Positions 15,927 through 25,308 of a stretch of 64,000 nt of DNA are shown here, one piece after another. The position numbers were made by a program, and so were the translations under genes. Positions within the stretch are counted from its first letter, which is position 1. Every line of letters starts with the position of its first letter. Source of the DNA: a virus (taxonomy: Duplodnaviria; Caudoviricetes); IMG/VR virus record IMGVR_UViG_2916441648_000002, positions 1-64,000 of that record; one strand, written 5' to 3'. A model generated the notes under the pieces. The model worked only from the letters and a program-made list of their open reading frames with translations. It ran no database searches and was not told where the DNA came from.

Positions 15927-17864
15927 TTAGCTTGTGGACCCAGTGCTGTAATCAACACCAGAGATAACTGCTACGGCTGCATCGCGACGGCGTTTCCAGT
16001 TAATCCAGCGTTCAGCTCGAATTGCCACGCTGTTCGTCTGGAACATGGATACAAGTTCAACACCAGTTGGTGTCGTGCTGTCATGGGTCGGCGCACTCTG
16101 CATTTCCAGAGAAGCCTCGCGAGACATATCCACCGCAACACCACCATCATCTGCCAGGTACACATCAGGCGCATTAACCAGTACCAGCTGATTACCAACG
16201 TACTGAGAAACAATAACTGGCAGCCCCTGGAATGTACCGCCAAGCATGGTCATATCCGGGTACTCTTTCTGACCAAGCGCGTTTTTACGCATAGACAGAG
16301 TAAGTGCCGTAGTGCTTGACATCAGCCATACCGCGCCATTCGGTTGCAGGTTGTTTGTGATGAACTGGCCGAACGCAGCGGAGGCATCGGCATCCGGGTC
16401 ACCAGTTGAAGGGATAGCAGTAATGCCGTTGGTGATGGATGCTGGAGAAACATCAGCAACCGCCGCTTTAGAGGGGTCAATGAAGTCTGTATCCAGACGT
16501 GCGATTACCGCTTCCGCCAGGGCATTACGTACCAGTGCGTCAGCTGAAGGGTTTGAGAAACGGATCAGCTCTTCAGTAAGCACCGCGATAGAAGCCACTT
16601 TGGAGAAACCGAAGGTGATCGTTGCGAAATCAAATTTTGTCAGAGGTTTCGCTTTACCCTGGCCAACCCAGTTTGCTGAACCACCTGAAGTCTGAGCAGG
16701 GATACGGACATTAAATGGTACCTGACGCAGTGACGGGATATTACCCTGACCGAAGCGGCCGATAATCGTCTGAGGACGCAGGAACTCAACAAAGTCTTGC
16801 GCATAATCCTGGTATTCCACCAGCGCGCCTGCCCATGTTGGGTCTGTCGTAGTGCCAGCACTGACAGCCGCCTTCAGAACGTGATGAAGCTTTGTGTCTT
16901 CTGGGTACTGATTTTTTGCAATCTGCAGCGCTTCAGAACGGCTGCCGTTCCCCGCTGCCAGTGATTTGGCAAAGCGAGCGAACGCGATACCTTTTTCCAG
17001 CTTAGGCTCAACGCGAATGATAGCCGGGGCCTGGCTGACAACAGTTACTTCGCCATTGGCCGCTTTGGTTACTGGTTTAGCCGTAGATGCCATGTTGGCT
17101 TCCATATCACGTAGACGTTTCAAGTGTTCGTCTACTGATTTGATTTCAGCCGATGTGTTGTCGTAGCTTTCTGTTTCTTCAGAATCGAGCGTTCGGCCTT
17201 CATCTGCAGCTTTGCTCATGATTTCGCTCAGTGAACCAGCCAGCGCCGCACGTTTGTTTTCAAAACTTTTGATCTGTTCAGCGATATTCATCGTTGGTTT
17301 TCCTTTTTGAGAAGATTTATTCGGTGCTGAAGCGCCAGCAGAATTTATGGTTTTAACTACCGGTTTCTCAGTGCCAAGCGCGGCGAGTAACTGGCGGTCA
17401 AAAGATTTAACCGTTTGAATTGAGCACTCGGCGTTAGCCGGGATCGTTACAGCAGAGACTTCAAGTAGCTCCCATTCGAGAAAATGGATGCCGCCTGAGT
17501 CCAGAAATGCGTATTTAATCGGCCTGAAGCCAATTGAGAGGCCTTTTACAAGACCTGATTTGATAGATGCCCATGCTTCTTCAAGCCTGGCTACCAACTG
17601 CGATGGCATGTCAGATGTTGGTTTAACAAGTTGCGCCGTGATCTGAAGTCCCTCTTTCACTTTCTTTGCAGAGCAGTTCCCGATAGGTTGGGTTCTGTCG
17701 TGCTGCCAGAGAAAGGGGTTTTCACTACCAAACTTCGCGCCGTCAGGGTCCATAATGTCGCCGTCACGGTCAGGTGATGGTGTGGAGGCAATCCCGGTAA
17801 TTATCCGTTTGTCCTCATCCACAGCTTTCACCGTCATGATCGTACATGCGCGGTCAAGCTTCAT
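15927..17864 (-). CDS. Fused prohead protease - major capsid protein
   Basis: N-terminal HK97-type protease motifs (LWQHD, GLSIGF, LLEVSAVTIPAN), coiled linker, C-terminal capsid domain (FQTNSVAIRAERWINW). Confidence 0.9.
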   Translation of the reverse strand: MKLDRACTIMTVKAVDEDKRIITGIASTPSPDRDGDIMDPDGAKFGSENPFLWQHDRTQPIGNCSAKKVKEGLQITAQLVKPTSDMPSQLVARLEEAWASIKSGLVKGLSIGFRPIKYAFLDSGGIHFLEWELLEVSAVTIPANAECSIQTVKSFDRQLLAALGTEKPVVKTINSAGASAPNKSSQKGKPTMNIAEQIKSFENKRAALAGSLSEIMSKAADEGRTLDSEETESYDNTSAEIKSVDEHLKRLRDMEANMASTAKPVTKAANGEVTVVSQAPAIIRVEPKLEKGIAFARFAKSLAAGNGSRSEALQIAKNQYPEDTKLHHVLKAAVSAGTTTDPTWAGALVEYQDYAQDFVEFLRPQTIIGRFGQGNIPSLRQVPFNVRIPAQTSGGSANWVGQGKAKPLTKFDFATITFGFSKVASIAVLTEELIRFSNPSADALVRNALAEAVIARLDTDFIDPSKAAVADVSPASITNGITAIPSTGDPDADASAAFGQFITNNLQPNGAVWLMSSTTALTLSMRKNALGQKEYPDMTMLGGTFQGLPVIVSQYVGNQLVLVNAPDVYLADDGGVAVDMSREASLEMQSAPTHDSTTPTGVELVSMFQTNSVAIRAERWINWKRRRDAAVAVISGVDYSTGSTS

Positions 17865-17883
17865 TTACTGTCCTCCAGAAACG

Positions 17884-17904
17884 AAAAAACCCGCCGTAGC
17901 GGGT
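17884..17904 (-). terminator. Rho-independent terminator after terL
   Basis: ACCCGC/GCGGGT stem plus U-run on minus strand. Confidence 0.65.
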
Positions 17905-17922
17905 CATTAACTGACGTGTGAT

Positions 17923-19581
17923 TTATATGAAAAATACCTGGTAATCTTTTTTCTTCGCTTCGGGATTAAGAGCCATTAGCGAAACGGCATTGAACAGGGC
18001 CATTAGTGGGTCAATTTTCCCCTTCCCGCTGGCCTGCTTGGTAATGAGGATTGCGTTACCTTTGGGTTCTACCCTTGCGTTGCCAACACACCAGGCCATT
18101 AACGGCTGACCGCCATGAATAAGAACACCCTCCGCAAGCTTGCGCTCTGTGGTCTTTATCGCACCACCAAGCCGCCAGCCCTGACTCACGCCAACTACCG
18201 AATCTTCAGGTATTTCAGCCTCAACGAGAGCATCAAGGATCTGACCAACTCCTGAAGGGTCAATACCAATTTTGTCCAGCAGCTCCGCATCATTGATACG
18301 ACTGACATATTCAGCCACTTCTTCTGTGTCCTGTCCTACGCGCTTAACGATGGTCAGATCACCAGCCTTAACGAAATCGTTGAAACGGGATTCTTCGCTT
18401 TTACGGCGGCGTACTGCAATTTCATGTGCCCAGGCATGCCCCCATCCAATCCATTCACGGGTGTTTTTGTCGCGCCCGATCACATAAAGACCAAGAAGGT
18501 CATCCAGTCCACCGCCATCTATCCCAACAGTAGCAACCTCAGCACGCTGCAGGATATCGGTGAAGGTAACTGGCCTGATTTGCGGCTCCCAGAAATCAAC
18601 ACCAGCCCAGCGGTCTGTCCTGAGGTTAAGGCCTATTTCGATATTAAGGTGCTTTGCCAGAAACTGCTGAAGAGTGCCGTCTGTTTTGGCCTGGTTCTTA
18701 CGAAGCTGATCGGCTATCCACTCAGCACTGACAGAGCGTCCAATATTTGGGTTCGTGATGTAAAAATTATCAGGGTCGAGATATGCTTTTTTCTCAACCA
18801 TTTCCTCAGGGAATTCGTATAGGATACCCAGCGTTTTTTGGTCGAGTATTTTCCCGTCCCTGACATCACGCCAGTAATCCAGTCGTTCCTTGAAAACTCC
18901 AGCCGGAGGCTCATCACTCTGTGTGGTAAGAAAAATTACCCAACCTTCATTACGTGATACCTGACCGCCAAGCGCCTCCATAAACATCGCTTCAGCATTA
19001 GAGCGTTTTCCGAACAACCAGAGCTCGTCTACCAGGATGCGGCCAGATTTTTTACCGGAAACCGTGTCAGTATCAGCGGCTACAACTTTGAGGGTATTTC
19101 GTGTTATCCGATGCGTGATTGTCCTGATATGGTCCTGTATCTGGAACATATCTGAAAGTTCATCGTCCGCCCGTATCATTCCGGCTGCTGGCTTGAAGCT
19201 GTTATCAGCAACCTCTTTTGTTGGGGCCAGGATCAGGTGTTCTTCATCCTCACGCCAGCAAAGTATGAGAGCGGTCAGCATAATTCCGGCAGCAATGGTT
19301 GATTTGGTGTTTTTCTTTGAAATCAGTAACCCATACTCACGTATAAGCTGGTTCCCTGTTTCAGCATCGTAGCCACCAAAGATGACCTTAACAAAATCAA
19401 AAACCCATTCCTCAGAACATTCGCCGAAGGTTGGCTTCCCTGGTAAATCAGAAACCCGCAACTCACGAAAAATACCAAGCGCCTGCTCTGCCTGATCAGG
19501 GAAAATTGGTGGCGGGATGATTGACTCACCGGCAATTAGTCGCCGTTCCCAATCGAGGCAGGCGGTAGACCACTGAGCCAT
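17923..19581 (-). CDS. terL: Terminase large subunit
   Basis: Walker A-like SKKNTKST, Walker B ILVDE, nuclease GIDGGGLDDL and GKIDPLMA. Confidence 0.93.
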   Translation of the reverse strand: MAQWSTACLDWERRLIAGESIIPPPIFPDQAEQALGIFRELRVSDLPGKPTFGECSEEWVFDFVKVIFGGYDAETGNQLIREYGLLISKKNTKSTIAAGIMLTALILCWREDEEHLILAPTKEVADNSFKPAAGMIRADDELSDMFQIQDHIRTITHRITRNTLKVVAADTDTVSGKKSGRILVDELWLFGKRSNAEAMFMEALGGQVSRNEGWVIFLTTQSDEPPAGVFKERLDYWRDVRDGKILDQKTLGILYEFPEEMVEKKAYLDPDNFYITNPNIGRSVSAEWIADQLRKNQAKTDGTLQQFLAKHLNIEIGLNLRTDRWAGVDFWEPQIRPVTFTDILQRAEVATVGIDGGGLDDLLGLYVIGRDKNTREWIGWGHAWAHEIAVRRRKSEESRFNDFVKAGDLTIVKRVGQDTEEVAEYVSRINDAELLDKIGIDPSGVGQILDALVEAEIPEDSVVGVSQGWRLGGAIKTTERKLAEGVLIHGGQPLMAWCVGNARVEPKGNAILITKQASGKGKIDPLMALFNAVSLMALNPEAKKKDYQVFFI

Positions 19582-19584
19582 ACG

Positions 19585-20046
19585 TTACACCTTATTGTTG
19601 ACCACCAGCTTTGGTGGTGCCATGGCACCGAATTTACTGGCAGTGGCTGCAACCTTCGCGGCGGCGTGGCGGGCATCTTTTTTACCCCCCTCACCTTTCT
19701 TAGGATGGAGATAAGGCAACATTGCCTTTGCCGCATCCTTTCTGGTGTCAATTTCTTCTGTGGTGTCGTTCATTACCGACTTAAGAAATTCGAGAGGGTC
19801 TTCAAAGGTTTTTACTGTGCTGTTAACTACTGGAGGTGGTGCAGTGCTTTCATCCCTGGTCGGTACATCATATGGATCTGCAGCACGTTTCTTGTTGATA
19901 AACGCGATGACATCCGGGTCTTTTGCCAGCCGTGAACCCTGTGACCTTGCGGTTTTCTCGGAATAACCGGCCTTACGGGCTGCTTCAGCCTGGGATGAAC
20001 CGGACATCAGCGCCAGTGCGTATTTGCGCTTTTGTCCTGTTAACAC
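19585..20046 (-). CDS. terS: Terminase small subunit
   Basis: HTH QAEAARKAGYSEKTARSQGSRL; GTG start at 20046 after GGAGG. Confidence 0.85.
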   Translation of the reverse strand: MLTGQKRKYALALMSGSSQAEAARKAGYSEKTARSQGSRLAKDPDVIAFINKKRAADPYDVPTRDESTAPPPVVNSTVKTFEDPLEFLKSVMNDTTEEIDTRKDAAKAMLPYLHPKKGEGGKKDARHAAAKVAATASKFGAMAPPKLVVNNKV

Positions 20047-20049
20047 GTT

Positions 20050-20145
20050 AACACCCTCCAAAAGGGAATTTTTTCTGTGCGTGAGAGGGGGCGCGGTGTC
20101 CAGCGCGATCGGCGTTGACACCCGCTAATACCCCCCCCCCGGGGT
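20050..20145. other. Probable cos region of prophage A
   Basis: Non-coding gap between HNH and terS with a C10-G4 run and GCGCCCCCT (minus, 20086-20094); position typical of 3'-cos phages; exact cut site not determinable. Confidence 0.5.
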
Positions 20146-20149
20146 TTGG

Positions 20150-20518
20150 TTAGAGAATTACGATGCCGTCTTGTGAATTATCTTTCGGCACTGAGTGCTT
20201 CAGAGCCTCACTGTCAGGCTGGTTCATTGATGCTTCACGCGATGACTTACCTGAGTGGCACTCGATGCACAGCGTCCACAGGTTGCGCTCATCGTTTTCA
20301 CCGCCAAACTGCAGTGCTATTCGGTGGTCAAGCTCACTGTCATGAAGATCTACTACGCGTCCACACATGCAGCAATGGCCACCATCACGAACATATATCC
20401 TGCGCTTAAGGCCAACCCTTGCACTTCCACTTACTCGGCGGTTCTCGCCATATACAGGTTTAATGCGGCGGGTGTCGATAGCTTTAAGACGCGGCTTCAG
20501 CGTCTTTAGTTTTCCCAT
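20150..20518 (-). CDS. Packaging-associated HNH endonuclease (HK97 gp74-like)
   Basis: CxxC, LDHRI, NLWTLCxxCH, directly upstream of terS. Confidence 0.85.
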   Translation of the reverse strand: MGKLKTLKPRLKAIDTRRIKPVYGENRRVSGSARVGLKRRIYVRDGGHCCMCGRVVDLHDSELDHRIALQFGGENDERNLWTLCIECHSGKSSREASMNQPDSEALKHSVPKDNSQDGIVIL

Positions 20519-20735
20519 CGGTTGCTCCAGAATCTTTTATATCCTTTAATGCCCTCACCGCAGGCCGAGACATGACGATGCTTTGACACGCATGGATAGC
20601 CTGACAAAACTCTATGCGCTCATTGGGGTGTTCTACGGGAAGTTTTAGATATAGGTTCCAGGCTTCACCTAGCATCTGAGCTACATCTCTTTCTTCTACA
20701 CTCAAATAACAAGGAATTGACTCTTCTTTAGACAT
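20484..20735 (-). CDS. Hypothetical protein (83 aa, MSKEESIP)
   Basis: GGAGG RBS before ATG 20735; overlaps neighbours on both sides. Confidence 0.7.
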   Translation of the reverse strand: MSKEESIPCYLSVEERDVAQMLGEAWNLYLKLPVEHPNERIEFCQAIHACQSIVMSRPAVRALKDIKDSGATDGKTKDAEAAS

Positions 20736-21321
20736 GTAACCTCCATGCCTTGCGGCGTTCTGTTCTTGGTTGCTTATCTCTCGCAGGTTCAACAGGCTTC
20801 CCATCAGCATGATCAACCAATGAATAACACGGGTAGATGACTGGTCCTCCGTGCGCATCACCCACGGCATAATCAGCAGCTTTACTGTGGCTCCATTTAT
20901 CCAACACTTTCTGGATATGCTTTGGTGGGACACAGTAGCAGACTCCGTGTATCAATCGCGTGAGCGTGATGAATTCAGCCCGAGACTTATCAGCAGCGAT
21001 AAGCTTCGATGCAATCTCAAGCTGATACTGAGGTGGCCTTCCTGTACCGAGATAGAAGCTGATAAGTGAATCTGGGTAGCGCTCAATCCAGTCGTAAACA
21101 GAAGAGATAAATCCTTCCACTGGCAGAGCATCATCCTCTAACACAACAACGTGGCAGCCTTGCTCTTTTGCCCACTCAAGTGCGCGTCGATGGTTCCAGT
21201 TCGCGCCATGGTCTTCGTAGTCAATGAGCATGTGAGCATCGAGTATGCCGCATAGCTCCTTAGCTGCATCAATGCGCTTATGATGGCCAACCACAACAAA
21301 CTTCACTTGTGTTTCCACCAT
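20728..21321 (-). CDS. Glycosyltransferase-like protein (GT-A fold)
   Basis: HRRALEWA followed by hydrophobic strand and acidic motif VVVLEDDA. Confidence 0.65.
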   Translation of the reverse strand: MVETQVKFVVVGHHKRIDAAKELCGILDAHMLIDYEDHGANWNHRRALEWAKEQGCHVVVLEDDALPVEGFISSVYDWIERYPDSLISFYLGTGRPPQYQLEIASKLIAADKSRAEFITLTRLIHGVCYCVPPKHIQKVLDKWSHSKAADYAVGDAHGGPVIYPCYSLVDHADGKPVEPARDKQPRTERRKAWRLHV

Positions 21322-22763
21322 GCCGCCTCCTTACCGATACCATCAGTCTTGAAAACGGTATGAACCATAGGGCCGGTGACCAGCCTGTCAGCGAATAACT
21401 GCGCGACAATACCGAACGCCAGCATGTCACCCACCGCAGCGCCAGCCTGTTCTTTCTTCCAGAAACGATAACTCTCTATCCGGTAGTAAAGACGGATGAT
21501 GCCGTGAGCGAACGCCATTACATCAGTGCGGGTTCCACCCAGCAGACCAGCGTTAAGCATCACATCGCCGCGGTGCGTTTCAATGAATTCCTGATAGATA
21601 CGCTCAGGATGATTCTGTTTCGCCCAGGTGTCGGCGTAGGTCTTCGGTTCAGAACCGACGTATACAGTGCCGGGATGCATTTCTTCCCACGGTGCACGGA
21701 GCATTTCTACATCGGTACCATCGGTACACCAGACGAACCGGTATTCAGGGTGATCGCGCAGGTGCTGCCAGATATGCAGCCAGCGACGGAAGTAGACATT
21801 CATCTTCACGTCAGAAACGCGATGCAGCTCAACGTCTGCCGGTGCCGTCTGAAGTTCATCCACCAGCGCGATACGGCCACAATTCCGAAGCGATGAGGCC
21901 CATTTAGACAGCATGTCAGGCGAGGCCGTCATTTTCGTGCCGCGCTGAGGGTCAGGCTGACTGGTCAGTAACGTAGTGATTACCACGTCGCGTTGCCGCC
22001 GGTACTCCACATAACCGGTAAACCCGGTATCGCGCCGTTCGTTGTGGATTTTAACGTTACGTTCCACCAGCGCCTGCCGGTCTGGTTTCGGTACCGAACG
22101 CTCCACGGCCTCATGCTCATCGAGAGAATGAATCAGCTTTTCTGAACCGACGACGTCACCGTAAGCCCACGTCGTAAGACCAGCGTTATGGATGCGCAGG
22201 GCAAGGTCGCTGTGTTCGTACATGCCGCGACCGTAAACCGGATCGAAACCGCCAACCTTCTCGATAGCGCTACGGTGGTAATACAGCATCACGCCGCGCT
22301 GCCCGGTGTAAGCGATGTGCTTATCATCCCGGTACAGGACCGCCATATCCTTCAGCTTATTCGTCCCTGCCAGATCGAGAAACTGGTAAGCCAGGTGCGG
22401 TTCGGGTGATTCGATGTATGGAAGGTGCCAGTTATCAGCGATGGGCCAGGCGTCATCGTCCCAAAGGAAAAGATGCTCACACCCGGCGTCCATCAGCGCG
22501 GTTAAACTGGCGTTCTTCGAAGCAACAATGCCGAGTGATGTTTCATGGCGAAGCAGCTGCACGCCGTGGGGAACTACCGCTGCAGGCTTTGAGCCATCGT
22601 CTATCACAACCACCAGCGCACCAGATGGAAGATGCTTCATGTGCTGCTCAATCGCGCGTAGTAACACTTCAGGACGATTATGAGTAGTGATTGCTATCCC
22701 GATTCTGCTGGAGACTATGCTGGCAGGTTCATACTGAACACCATCAATTGTGACCTTCGGCAT
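21303..22763 (-). CDS. Two-domain glycosyltransferase (GT2-like plus second GT-A domain)
   Basis: IAITTHNR, VVVIDDGS, FLWDDD in domain 1; VWCTDGTD and MLNAGLLGG in domain 2; start at MPKV after AGGA. Confidence 0.8.
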   Translation of the reverse strand: MPKVTIDGVQYEPASIVSSRIGIAITTHNRPEVLLRAIEQHMKHLPSGALVVVIDDGSKPAAVVPHGVQLLRHETSLGIVASKNASLTALMDAGCEHLFLWDDDAWPIADNWHLPYIESPEPHLAYQFLDLAGTNKLKDMAVLYRDDKHIAYTGQRGVMLYYHRSAIEKVGGFDPVYGRGMYEHSDLALRIHNAGLTTWAYGDVVGSEKLIHSLDEHEAVERSVPKPDRQALVERNVKIHNERRDTGFTGYVEYRRQRDVVITTLLTSQPDPQRGTKMTASPDMLSKWASSLRNCGRIALVDELQTAPADVELHRVSDVKMNVYFRRWLHIWQHLRDHPEYRFVWCTDGTDVEMLRAPWEEMHPGTVYVGSEPKTYADTWAKQNHPERIYQEFIETHRGDVMLNAGLLGGTRTDVMAFAHGIIRLYYRIESYRFWKKEQAGAAVGDMLAFGIVAQLFADRLVTGPMVHTVFKTDGIGKEAAWWKHK

Positions 22764-22838
22764 ATGTTGATCCTGCTCTTTTATGTTTTTAGTTTTCCAG
22801 ATGATAAATTGATTGCTCAATCAACAAAGGGCATAAAA

Positions 22839-23186
22839 ATGGGTTTAAAAATTACAGGTTGCATCGTTCAGCACGTAGGAACCATTGTCAGGGCTCCAGA
22901 AGGTTTTGATATATCCATTGATTCATCATCACTTCATAACGTTGGGACAATTGCTGATATTTATGAGAAAAAATCAGAAATTTTAAAGGCTCTCGGTATA
23001 GATACCAACACGCCGGAGGAAGTGCTGAAATCAGTTGTACAGGAGATGAGACACTCTCCTAACGAAACTGAAGAGAAACGTTTACAAATCGTGAAGAACT
23101 CCAAGCTGATGGAATTCATATCGACTTCTGCAAACCTTGCAACCATCGCCACATTCATATTTGAGGTTTCAAAACTGGTTGTTTGA
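22839..23186 (+). CDS. Antisense moron, hypothetical protein (115 aa, MGLKITG)
   Basis: AT-rich, opposite to late operon, candidate promoter TTGATC-17-TAGTTT at 22767-22795. Confidence 0.7.
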   Translation: MGLKITGCIVQHVGTIVRAPEGFDISIDSSSLHNVGTIADIYEKKSEILKALGIDTNTPEEVLKSVVQEMRHSPNETEEKRLQIVKNSKLMEFISTSANLATIATFIFEVSKLVV

Positions 23187-23257
23187 GAAAAGTTGCACGC
23201 CCCTTTCACACCCATTACGAAGTTATTCTTCTTTAATGGGGGTGAAAGGTTCAGTAG

Positions 23258-23503
23258 TTAACTTCCAGATTCAACTCCAAACAGAAGCAGGGCTTCTTCC
23301 GACTCTTTGATAGCTTTAGTCGTTCTGGCCACCAGCCCGCTTTCAGATGTTACCCGGCTTAACTGGTTAACGAAGATTTGATACTTCAGCGGATCGTCAC
23401 CAACAAACTTAATCGCGTCTGCAGCGGCGGCAGTGTCGTAGTTCAAGTTCTGCAGCAGGTTTAAGCGGATTTGCTGGGCAGGTGTTACCGTGATTTCAGC
23501 CAT
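23258..23503 (-). CDS. Hypothetical protein (MAEITVTP)
   Basis: ORF with GAGGA RBS in post-lysis region. Confidence 0.65.
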   Translation of the reverse strand: MAEITVTPAQQIRLNLLQNLNYDTAAAADAIKFVGDDPLKYQIFVNQLSRVTSESGLVARTTKAIKESEEALLLFGVESGS

Positions 23504-23538
23504 TGCTGTTCCTCTGTATGGGGTGATTGGCATTACTG

Positions 23539-23733
23539 CTATTTTACGATGCTATCAATTTGATCGCCGAGGGTGGCCGTCTCGCGTATCTCCTGGACAA
23601 TATAGGAGGCATGCTCACGGTTTACGGCGTATATAGTGAAGGAGAAAGAACGCCCATCTGCATCGGAAAAGTTAACAGAGAACGGGTACCAGTCTTTCCC
23701 TTCGTGATGAACGGATCCAGGCATGCTTGCCAT
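23539..23733 (-). CDS. Hypothetical protein (64 aa)
   Basis: GAGGA RBS; late-operon orientation. Confidence 0.6.
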   Translation of the reverse strand: MASMPGSVHHEGKDWYPFSVNFSDADGRSFSFTIYAVNREHASYIVQEIRETATLGDQIDSIVK

Positions 23734-23965
23734 GCTTTATCCTCTGGTGGGTATATTGATTGTCTTATCCGCTGGTGGGGATAGGATTAGATTTTTCTTA
23801 GCATTGGCATCCGATGACACCATGGAAAGTAATCAATAGGCTTTAAATCTCTGTATTCAATTACTCTACCGCAGCATAAGCACTGATAAATTGTCATGCT
23901 GTCACCCTCATGCATTGTTGATGGAAACCATTATCAAGCCCACCAGCAGGTGAGCTTTGTAATGG

Positions 23966-24202
23966 CTATCCGTCAGCAAAAGAAACACCGAGGTCGATGA
24001 TGACTTTTTTCTGTTCCTCAATACGACGTTCAAGCTCTGCTACCGCATGAGGGCGGATTGCCTCTTCAAAGGCAGCATCCTGATATGCTGACTGGATAGT
24101 CACACCGAGACCACCTCCGCCAGCGATGAGATCGCGCTGTTTTTGCAGTTCTCGAATGTTTTCCCAGATGCTATAGGCACGACTTAAGTCCTGAACTTTC
24201 AT
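23966..24202 (-). CDS. Hypothetical protein (MKVQDLSR)
   Basis: ORF downstream of spanins with purine-rich RBS. Confidence 0.6.
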   Translation of the reverse strand: MKVQDLSRAYSIWENIRELQKQRDLIAGGGGLGVTIQSAYQDAAFEEAIRPHAVAELERRIEEQKKVIIDLGVSFADG

Positions 24203-24268
24203 CTGTGTCTCTCTTTTGGGTGGGTATGGAAATATCCCCGCTATTGAATGTGAACACAGCAGCATGCT

Positions 24269-24484
24269 TCACTCCTGTTTCTGGCAGTTCGCCTGCCACG
24301 CTTTGTTATGCGCCAGGATGTCTTTCTTCGTCTGGCGGTCCATAACGTCGATGTCGTGATCCGTCAGGTAGATTGGACTTACCCATTCGCAGGCAGTATC
24401 AACTACCACCGGGACGCTTCCACGATTCGCGCAGCTCGCGGTTAACATCGTCATCAGGCATACGGCTAATAGTCTGCTGAACAT
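24269..24484 (-). CDS. Outer-membrane spanin (Rz1-like lipoprotein)
   Basis: Signal peptide with lipobox TASC, overlapping the i-spanin 3' end. Confidence 0.75.
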   Translation of the reverse strand: MFSRLLAVCLMTMLTASCANRGSVPVVVDTACEWVSPIYLTDHDIDVMDRQTKKDILAHNKAWQANCQKQE

Positions 24485-24674
24485 TCCTTGCCTCCTTAAT
24501 GACTTCTACGCAGCGTTCTGCTGAAGCTTTCATTGCTGCGGCCTTTTCTTCTGTGCGCTGCTGGTCTGCTTTCGCTTCCGCTTTGCTGGTGCCGCGTGAA
24601 TGCCCAATGCCAAAAGCACCAGCGATAGCCGCCATTATCAGGGCAGCAATACCGACGATTGTTTCTAATCCCAT
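24399..24674 (-). CDS. Inner-membrane spanin (Rz-like)
   Basis: N-terminal TM helix then coiled coil; follows endolysin. Confidence 0.75.
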   Translation of the reverse strand: MGLETIVGIAALIMAAIAGAFGIGHSRGTSKAEAKADQQRTEEKAAAMKASAERCVEVIKEARNVQQTISRMPDDDVNRELRESWKRPGGS

Positions 24675-24681
24675 ATCAACC

Positions 24682-25308
24682 TCACACCAGTACCGTTTTG
24701 GCCTGCCCGAAGCGAGCGCGACGATCTTCCAGTCCGTTCGTGCCGCCGTTGATAATCTTCGTCACCTGCATCAGGTCGCCGGAATACTTCAGGCATCCCT
24801 TAGTAGCAAAGAACCACGCTGCGCTTCTGGCTGCATAAACATCTTCGGCCAACAGTTCAGGCTGCTTAACCAAATCAACCTTCAAGCCGTTCCCACAATC
24901 ACGGTAGTTATTGAGGCCGGTAATCTGGATAAGTCCACGCCCACGGTACAACCAGCCGTCGCCGGGAGCGTTGTTCCCCATGCGTTTGCTGTATACCAGG
25001 TTAGCGATAGCTCGCTGCCGTTCAATGGGTAATGTTCGTTCTTCAGGGCGGCGTCCAAGCGCGTTTGCCTGATCAGTAGTGATGCGGCCTGCTCGGATGA
25101 AGTTAACAAGGCCAGCAATGCGATAGTTGAAGCTCTCCACCAGCAGAATGAACCCAGCTGATTCATGCCCTGCCTGAGCAATGAACATTGCCTGATCTAC
25201 CGGATTGGTGATGCCAAACTCTTTCATCGCATCACTGACTGGCTGAAACCAGCGCACAGCTAATTCGGCGCTTAACCCAGCCGCCTTTTGAAATTGTGAT
25301 TGGTTCAT
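24682..25308 (-). CDS. Endolysin, glycoside hydrolase family 19
   Basis: FIAQAGHESAGF and YRGRGLIQITG..NY motifs. Confidence 0.9.
   Translation of the reverse strand: MNQSQFQKAAGLSAELAVRWFQPVSDAMKEFGITNPVDQAMFIAQAGHESAGFILLVESFNYRIAGLVNFIRAGRITTDQANALGRRPEERTLPIERQRAIANLVYSKRMGNNAPGDGWLYRGRGLIQITGLNNYRDCGNGLKVDLVKQPELLAEDVYAARSAAWFFATKGCLKYSGDLMQVTKIINGGTNGLEDRRARFGQAKTVLV

Noticed and set aside
20047-20121. N-terminal extension of terS
   Set aside because: Runs through the probable cos region; GGAGG RBS supports GTG 20046.
20131-20144. C10-G4 run as phase-variable switch
   Set aside because: Non-coding and not within an obvious promoter spacer; G/C runs are common beside cos sites, and it may include sequencing homopolymer error.
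20728-22763. gtr-type O-antigen conversion locus
   Set aside because: No flippase or membrane transferase, no TM segments, and late-operon rather than att-proximal location.
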